Positions 36,035 through 40,132 of a stretch of DNA of 40,132 nt are shown piece by piece; position 1 is the first letter of the stretch; the number at the start of each line of letters is the position of its first letter. A program made the translations under genes and the position numbers. The stretch is from an uncultured Clostridia bacterium (GTDB lineage: Bacteria > Bacillota > Clostridia > Christensenellales > UBA1242): the NCBI GenBank assembly GCA_944384475.1, contig CALWTN010000034.1, forward strand, positions 1 through 40,132. Direction: 5' to 3'. The notes beneath the pieces were generated by a model that searched no databases, was not told the DNA's origin, and saw nothing but the letters and a program-made list of their open reading frames with translations.

Positions 36035-36108
36035 CATGGAGAAAACCAATTTTTAGCGGTTAGGTGCGACAGCATCGTGCCCGCGTTTAAAAATTGGTTG
36101 TCTCCATG
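36035..36108. other. Long inverted repeat (20-nt arms, 19/20 paired, 34-nt loop) abutting the secA stop codon
   Basis: CATGGAGAAAACCAATTTTT ... AAAAATTGGTTGTCTCCATG. The right arm ends 1 nt before the secA TAA (36110-36112). No U-tract follows on either strand. Confidence 0.8.
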
Positions 36109-36109
36109 A

Positions 36110-38824
36110 TTATTTGCCGCAGCAATTCTTATACTTCTTTCCGCTGCCGCATGGGCAAGGGTCGTTTCTGCCAATTTTTGGTGACTCGTTGACGACTGTC
36201 TTCTGCACAAAAGGCTTTTTGTTTTCTTCCTTTTTCTCCTCTGGTAGAGCCTCTTTTCTGGCGATCGGCGTAAACGTTGGTTTTTGGAATTTAGGCGGCT
36301 GTTGCTCCATTTGGAAATGACTTACAAGCAAGATTTGGCAGGTGGTTTTTCTGATTTTTTCAATCATCTCTTCAAAAAGATCAAATCCCTCTTTTTTGTA
36401 TGCAAGCACAGGGTCTTGATTGCCGTAACTGCGAGAGAACATTTCATTTTTCATGATTTGCATGTCGTCAATATGGTTCATCCAGTGCGCATCCACAACT
36501 TTTAGCAGCACCAATCTTTCCACGTCTTCAAAATTAACGTCAAAAGATTTTGCCTCTTCCATGCGCTCGGCATATCGCTTGCCAATTAATGCCAAAAGTT
36601 TGTCTTCCACATCTTGCACATCACAATCTTCAACAAACTTTTCGTCCACAATATTGCTGCCCTTTTCAAACCAGCCACGCTCTAAATCGGTGTTGATTTT
36701 GGATAAATCCCATTCATAATACGGCTTGTCTTCATCCAAATTTTCACGAACTATGTTTGAAATAATCTCTGGGAACATGCCCATGATTTGGTCGTGCACA
36801 GGCAAACCGTCAAGAACTTTGTTGCGCTCGTCATATATGATTTTTCGCTGTGCGTTCATCACATCGTCAAACTGCAAAACTGTTTTTCGAGCGGAGAAAT
36901 TTTGAATTTCAATCTTCTTTTGAGCGGCGGAAATCTGCCTTGTGAGCACTTTGAGTTGAATTGGTGTGGCTTCATCAATCTTAAACGCCATGGCAATGCG
37001 CTGCAATCGTTCCCCGCCAAAGCGCTTTAACAAATCGTCTTCCAGCGAAAGAAAGAACACGCTTGAACCCGGGTCGCCCTGTCGGCCTGCACGGCCTCGC
37101 AACTGGTTGTCAATTCTTCGTGACTCGTGCCTTTCAGTGCCAACGATATGCAAGCCGCCGAGTTTTTTAACCTCTTCTTTTTCTTCGTCCGTCTGCTTTT
37201 TAAACTCGGCATAAAGCTCGTTAAACCTCGCCCTAGCCTTGTTTAACTCCTCATCATCCACATGGTTGAAAGCGGTGGCGTAGGAGATTTGCTCGTCTGT
37301 AAATTTCTCATCTTGCATTCTCTTTTTCGCCATAAATTCTGGGTTGCCGCCCAGCAAAATATCCGTTCCTCTGCCCGCCATGTTGGTGGCGATAGTAACC
37401 GCACCTTTTCTGCCCGCCTGAGCCACAATGGCACTTTCTTGCTCGTGATTTTTTGCGTTTAACACAACGTGCTTGATCTTTGCCGCTTTAAGCGCCTTTG
37501 AAAGTTCTTCCGATTTATCAATCGTAATTGTGCCCACCAAAACAGGTTGCCCAACTTCATTGCAACGAGCAATCTCTTCCACAATCGCCTTTATCTTGCC
37601 TTTGTAGGTGGTGTAGACGATGTCGGCTTCGTCTCGCCTTTTGTTTGGCAGATTCGGCGGAATTGTGACAACGTCAAGGTTGTAAATTGTTCTAAACTCG
37701 CCCTCCTCCGTCTTTGCTGTTCCCGTCATACCCGAAAGCTTGTGATAAAGCCTGAAATAATTTTGGAAAGTGATGGTTGCAAGCGTTTTGTTTTCGTCCT
37801 TAATTTCAACATTTTCTTTTGCCTCAATCGCTTGATGCAGTCCATCATTAAAGCGCCTGCCCGGCATAAGTCTGCCTGTAAACTCATCAACGATGATCAC
37901 TTCGCCATCTTTGACGATGTAATTTTCATCTCTAAACATGATAAAGTTTGCTTTTAAAGCATTGTTGATATAGTGGTTAAGTTCAAGGTTTTCGATGTCC
38001 GAAAGATTTTCGACACTAAAAAACCTCTCCGCCTTGGTTATGCCGCTTTCTGTAAGATTTATCTGTTTTGTTTTGATGTCAATTTCAATGTCGGCGTCTT
38101 TTTTCAAGCTTTTGGCAAACTTTTGCGCATTGATATAATTATCGCTGGACTTGCCGCCCCTGCCGCTGATGATAAGCGGAGTTCTGGCCTCGTCAATCAA
38201 AATGGAGTCTACTTCGTCCACGATCGCAAAGTTTTGCCCACGTTGCATACGCCTTAACTTGGAAATTGCCATGTTGTCACGAAGATAATCAAAACCAAGT
38301 TCGTTGTTGGTGCAATAGGTTATGTCGCAGTTGTAGGCCGCACGCTTTTTATCCTCTGGCATGTTGGCAACCACCACACCCACGCTGAGCCCCAAAAACT
38401 TGTAAACCTTGCCCATCCACTCGGCGTCACGTTTTGCAAGATATTCATTGACGGTCACCACATGCACACCCTTGCCAGCGAGAGCATTTAAATACGCCGG
38501 CAATGTTGCCACCAATGTTTTACCTTCACCCGTTGCCATCTCTGCAATACGCCCTTGATGCAGAGCAATTCCACCCAAAATTTGCACGTAGAAATGCTTC
38601 ATGTTAAGCACTCTCCAAGCGGCCTCTCGTGCCACTGCAAAAGCATCAGGCAAGATGGCATCAAGCGTTTCGCCAGATGAGAGTCTGTCTTTCAAAATTT
38701 GTGTTTGACTTGTAAGTTGTTCATCGCTCATCGCTTGATATTTTTCTTCAAGCGCCACAACTTTATCTGCAATCTTTTTTAATTTTTTAACCTGTGATTT
38801 ATTTTCGCTTCCAAAAATGCCCAT
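36110..38824 (-). CDS. secA: Preprotein translocase ATPase SecA
   Basis: 904 aa. Motifs: MATGEGKTLVATLP (Walker A), DEVDSILIDEARTPLIISG, TNMAGRGTDI, and the C-terminal Zn motif CPCGSGKKYKNCCGK. Confidence 0.98.
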   Translation of the reverse strand: MGIFGSENKSQVKKLKKIADKVVALEEKYQAMSDEQLTSQTQILKDRLSSGETLDAILPDAFAVAREAAWRVLNMKHFYVQILGGIALHQGRIAEMATGEGKTLVATLPAYLNALAGKGVHVVTVNEYLAKRDAEWMGKVYKFLGLSVGVVVANMPEDKKRAAYNCDITYCTNNELGFDYLRDNMAISKLRRMQRGQNFAIVDEVDSILIDEARTPLIISGRGGKSSDNYINAQKFAKSLKKDADIEIDIKTKQINLTESGITKAERFFSVENLSDIENLELNHYINNALKANFIMFRDENYIVKDGEVIIVDEFTGRLMPGRRFNDGLHQAIEAKENVEIKDENKTLATITFQNYFRLYHKLSGMTGTAKTEEGEFRTIYNLDVVTIPPNLPNKRRDEADIVYTTYKGKIKAIVEEIARCNEVGQPVLVGTITIDKSEELSKALKAAKIKHVVLNAKNHEQESAIVAQAGRKGAVTIATNMAGRGTDILLGGNPEFMAKKRMQDEKFTDEQISYATAFNHVDDEELNKARARFNELYAEFKKQTDEEKEEVKKLGGLHIVGTERHESRRIDNQLRGRAGRQGDPGSSVFFLSLEDDLLKRFGGERLQRIAMAFKIDEATPIQLKVLTRQISAAQKKIEIQNFSARKTVLQFDDVMNAQRKIIYDERNKVLDGLPVHDQIMGMFPEIISNIVRENLDEDKPYYEWDLSKINTDLERGWFEKGSNIVDEKFVEDCDVQDVEDKLLALIGKRYAERMEEAKSFDVNFEDVERLVLLKVVDAHWMNHIDDMQIMKNEMFSRSYGNQDPVLAYKKEGFDLFEEMIEKIRKTTCQILLVSHFQMEQQPPKFQKPTFTPIARKEALPEEKKEENKKPFVQKTVVNESPKIGRNDPCPCGSGKKYKNCCGK

Positions 38825-38850
38825 TACAAAACTCCTAACATATTAAGTTT

Positions 38851-38870
38851 ACTAAATTTTCAAATTTAGT
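38851..38870. promoter_or_regulatory. Perfect 9-bp inverted repeat (ACTAAATTT-TC-AAATTTAGT) overlapping the putative secA promoter; possible operator
   Basis: On the minus strand, TTGACT (38868-38873), 16 nt, TAAACT is a plausible secA promoter. The palindrome fills its spacer. Confidence 0.35.
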
Positions 38871-38927
38871 CAAGCGTATTTAGGGCGAGTTTTGTCAAAT
38901 ATATGCATGCTAAAATCTAAGCAACAG

Positions 38928-38956
38928 TTGACTTTTAAGAGAATATAGGCTATAAT
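38928..38956 (+). promoter_or_regulatory. Consensus sigma-A promoter for the downstream unknown ORF
   Basis: TTGACT (38928-38933), 17 nt, TATAAT (38951-38956). GGAGG at 38977-38981 lies 7 nt before the ATG. Confidence 0.65.
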
Positions 38957-38988
38957 TACTATTAATAACAATTAATGGAGGAAACCAA

Positions 38989-40132
38989 ATGGCATCTAAA
39001 AGCGAAAAAGTAGCTAGTCCGACCAGAGAAAAGAATGTTGTTGCTTTTCAATCTAAATATGCGTCAAGCGCAGGAACCACCTATACTCAGGAAAATTCTG
39101 TCGTGCTCAAGTTTGATGATAAAGGCAAAGATTACAAACGCCTTTTTGAAGTTAGAGGTGCAGTTGCAACCTCTGATCCTTCAGCGCCAGTCGTTGACGT
39201 TCCTCTCACCTGCATTGAAAAAAAGGAAGAGAGAGCTGGAAAAAAGGTCACCGTCAGATATGCCCTTGTTGACAAAAATCTTTTTAGTGACGAAAGGCGT
39301 GCTGAATTAGATGCATTGCCAGGTCAAGATGCAGCATCTGGCACATATTCCTTTGAGGTGGCATCAATCGATTTGACAGATTCCTCCAACCCACAAATTC
39401 AAAGGGCTTTTCAACTAACACTTACAAACGGGAAAAAATTATCAATCAATTCAAACGCACGTGGTTTTCAAGTTGCGATGCAGCCAGCTGGCAAGTCAGA
39501 CGTTGAGGTTATGTGCCAAGCAACCGCACAAGACACCTTTGGCTTCCATTTTTCTCGAGATTTTATTTATCGTGGGCTTGAAAGTAAAGACGGCATCACA
39601 ATTCACTCAGCCCGCATCAGCAAAGGTGCTGTAACACAAAGCACAGCTTTTCAACACTTTTCACCTGAATTTCTTGTTGCGCTTGCTCAAACAGTTCCTC
39701 CTTCTAAAAAAGCGACATATGCAACCAAGTCTTTTAAAGACTGGGATATGTTTATCGCCCCTAAAGTTGATGGCGTGAACAAGGCTGGCGAAAAGGTTTC
39801 AAACTCTTTAATCTTTATAAAATCAAAAGATGGCAAACAGCAATATGTTTTCCATGACGGAACATTTAGAAAGGTTTCTAAAGTTGCCTACACATACGAC
39901 AAAGACAATCAAACTGAGTTTGGCATAGATTTTTCAATAGGCTCAAAAAAGATGCCTGTCGAAATACCTATTTCGTTAAGTGAAGACTCGGCCTCTCCTG
40001 ATCATCTCAAACTTGACAAAAATTATGAAATTTATGCTGGTTTTGCAAGTTTTGTAACTGGCAAAGAATACGAACCTGACGCTTCAAACATGCCAGAAAT
40101 TGCAGCAAACCCTGTCGAGATTGAAGGCAAAG
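38989..40132 (+). CDS. Hypothetical protein, partial (at least 381 aa, continues past the window); no signal peptide, beta-rich, unknown family
   Basis: Hand translated codon by codon from ATG 38989, with no stop before the window end (MASKSEKVASPTREKNVVAFQSKYASSAGTTYTQENSVVLKFDDKGKDYKRLFEVRG...). It is absent from the ORF track because it is open-ended. The track ORF 39035-39310 is in another frame. Confidence 0.75.
   Translation, partial: MASKSEKVASPTREKNVVAFQSKYASSAGTTYTQENSVVLKFDDKGKDYKRLFEVRGAVATSDPSAPVVDVPLTCIEKKEERAGKKVTVRYALVDKNLFSDERRAELDALPGQDAASGTYSFEVASIDLTDSSNPQIQRAFQLTLTNGKKLSINSNARGFQVAMQPAGKSDVEVMCQATAQDTFGFHFSRDFIYRGLESKDGITIHSARISKGAVTQSTAFQHFSPEFLVALAQTVPPSKKATYATKSFKDWDMFIAPKVDGVNKAGEKVSNSLIFIKSKDGKQQYVFHDGTFRKVSKVAYTYDKDNQTEFGIDFSIGSKKMPVEIPISLSEDSASPDHLKLDKNYEIYAGFASFVTGKEYEPDASNMPEIAANPVEIEGK

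Larger units (their letters stand above)
35548..36108. ncRNA. Candidate structured non-coding RNA locus, or an array of palindromic repeat elements; strand and boundaries unresolved
   Basis: No credible ORF. The region is visibly more GC-rich than its flanks. Consecutive strong hairpins are at 35559-35602, 35613-35631 (8 bp), 35632-35668, 35741-35784 (6+8 bp nested), 35788-35860 (10 bp enclosing a 9-bp hairpin), 35931-35974 and 36035-36108 (19/20 bp). Confidence 0.35.

Noticed and set aside
35515-36109. Decayed prfB (RF2), which normally follows secA in Firmicutes.
   Set aside because: No frame on the minus strand shows SPF or GGQ-like remnants. TGA is still used as a stop, so an intact prfB presumably lies elsewhere.
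39035-39310. 91-aa plus-strand ORF from the track.
   Set aside because: It is out of frame with, and wholly inside, the much longer ORF starting at 38989, which has a consensus promoter and SD.

Overview
This window looks like core chromosome from a low-GC, Bacillota (Firmicutes)- or Mollicutes-like anaerobe. It uses the standard genetic code: recR, pgk, argS and dus all end at full length on TGA. Most genes are housekeeping and on the minus strand: rpmG-secE-nusG-rplK-rplA, argS, dnaX-ybaB-recR, pgk-tpiA, dus, a SpoVB/MurJ-type flippase, rpmE, a DUF1385-prmC fusion with prfA, rpsF-ssb-rpsR and secA. rplI is on the plus strand. Less ordinary content includes a 2,918-aa signal-peptide, C-terminally anchored surface protein (6338-15094) and an AT-rich left end encoding an InlB-B-repeat surface protein. 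There is also a rubredoxin-fused [FeFe]-hydrogenase next to a GT2-TPR glycosyltransferase, a peptide-deformylase homologue lacking its metal-binding histidines, a 5'-truncated rubrerythrin remnant, and a solo HicB-like gene beside a 45-aa microprotein gene. Several uncharacterised proteins sit behind near-consensus sigma-A promoters. I found no recognisable defence, CRISPR, secretion, toxin or mobile-element system. The two features I consider most worth follow-up are these. (1) dnaX is split exactly at an A9 run, so a -1 slip would fuse a gamma-like ORF to a tau-like C-terminal ORF. (2) A roughly 560-nt ORF-free, GC-enriched, hairpin-dense stretch (35548-36108) between a tandem DUF4926-like gene and secA contains a duplicated 63-nt + 31-nt module. 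All calls rest on by-eye motif recognition and hand translation; no database search was possible.
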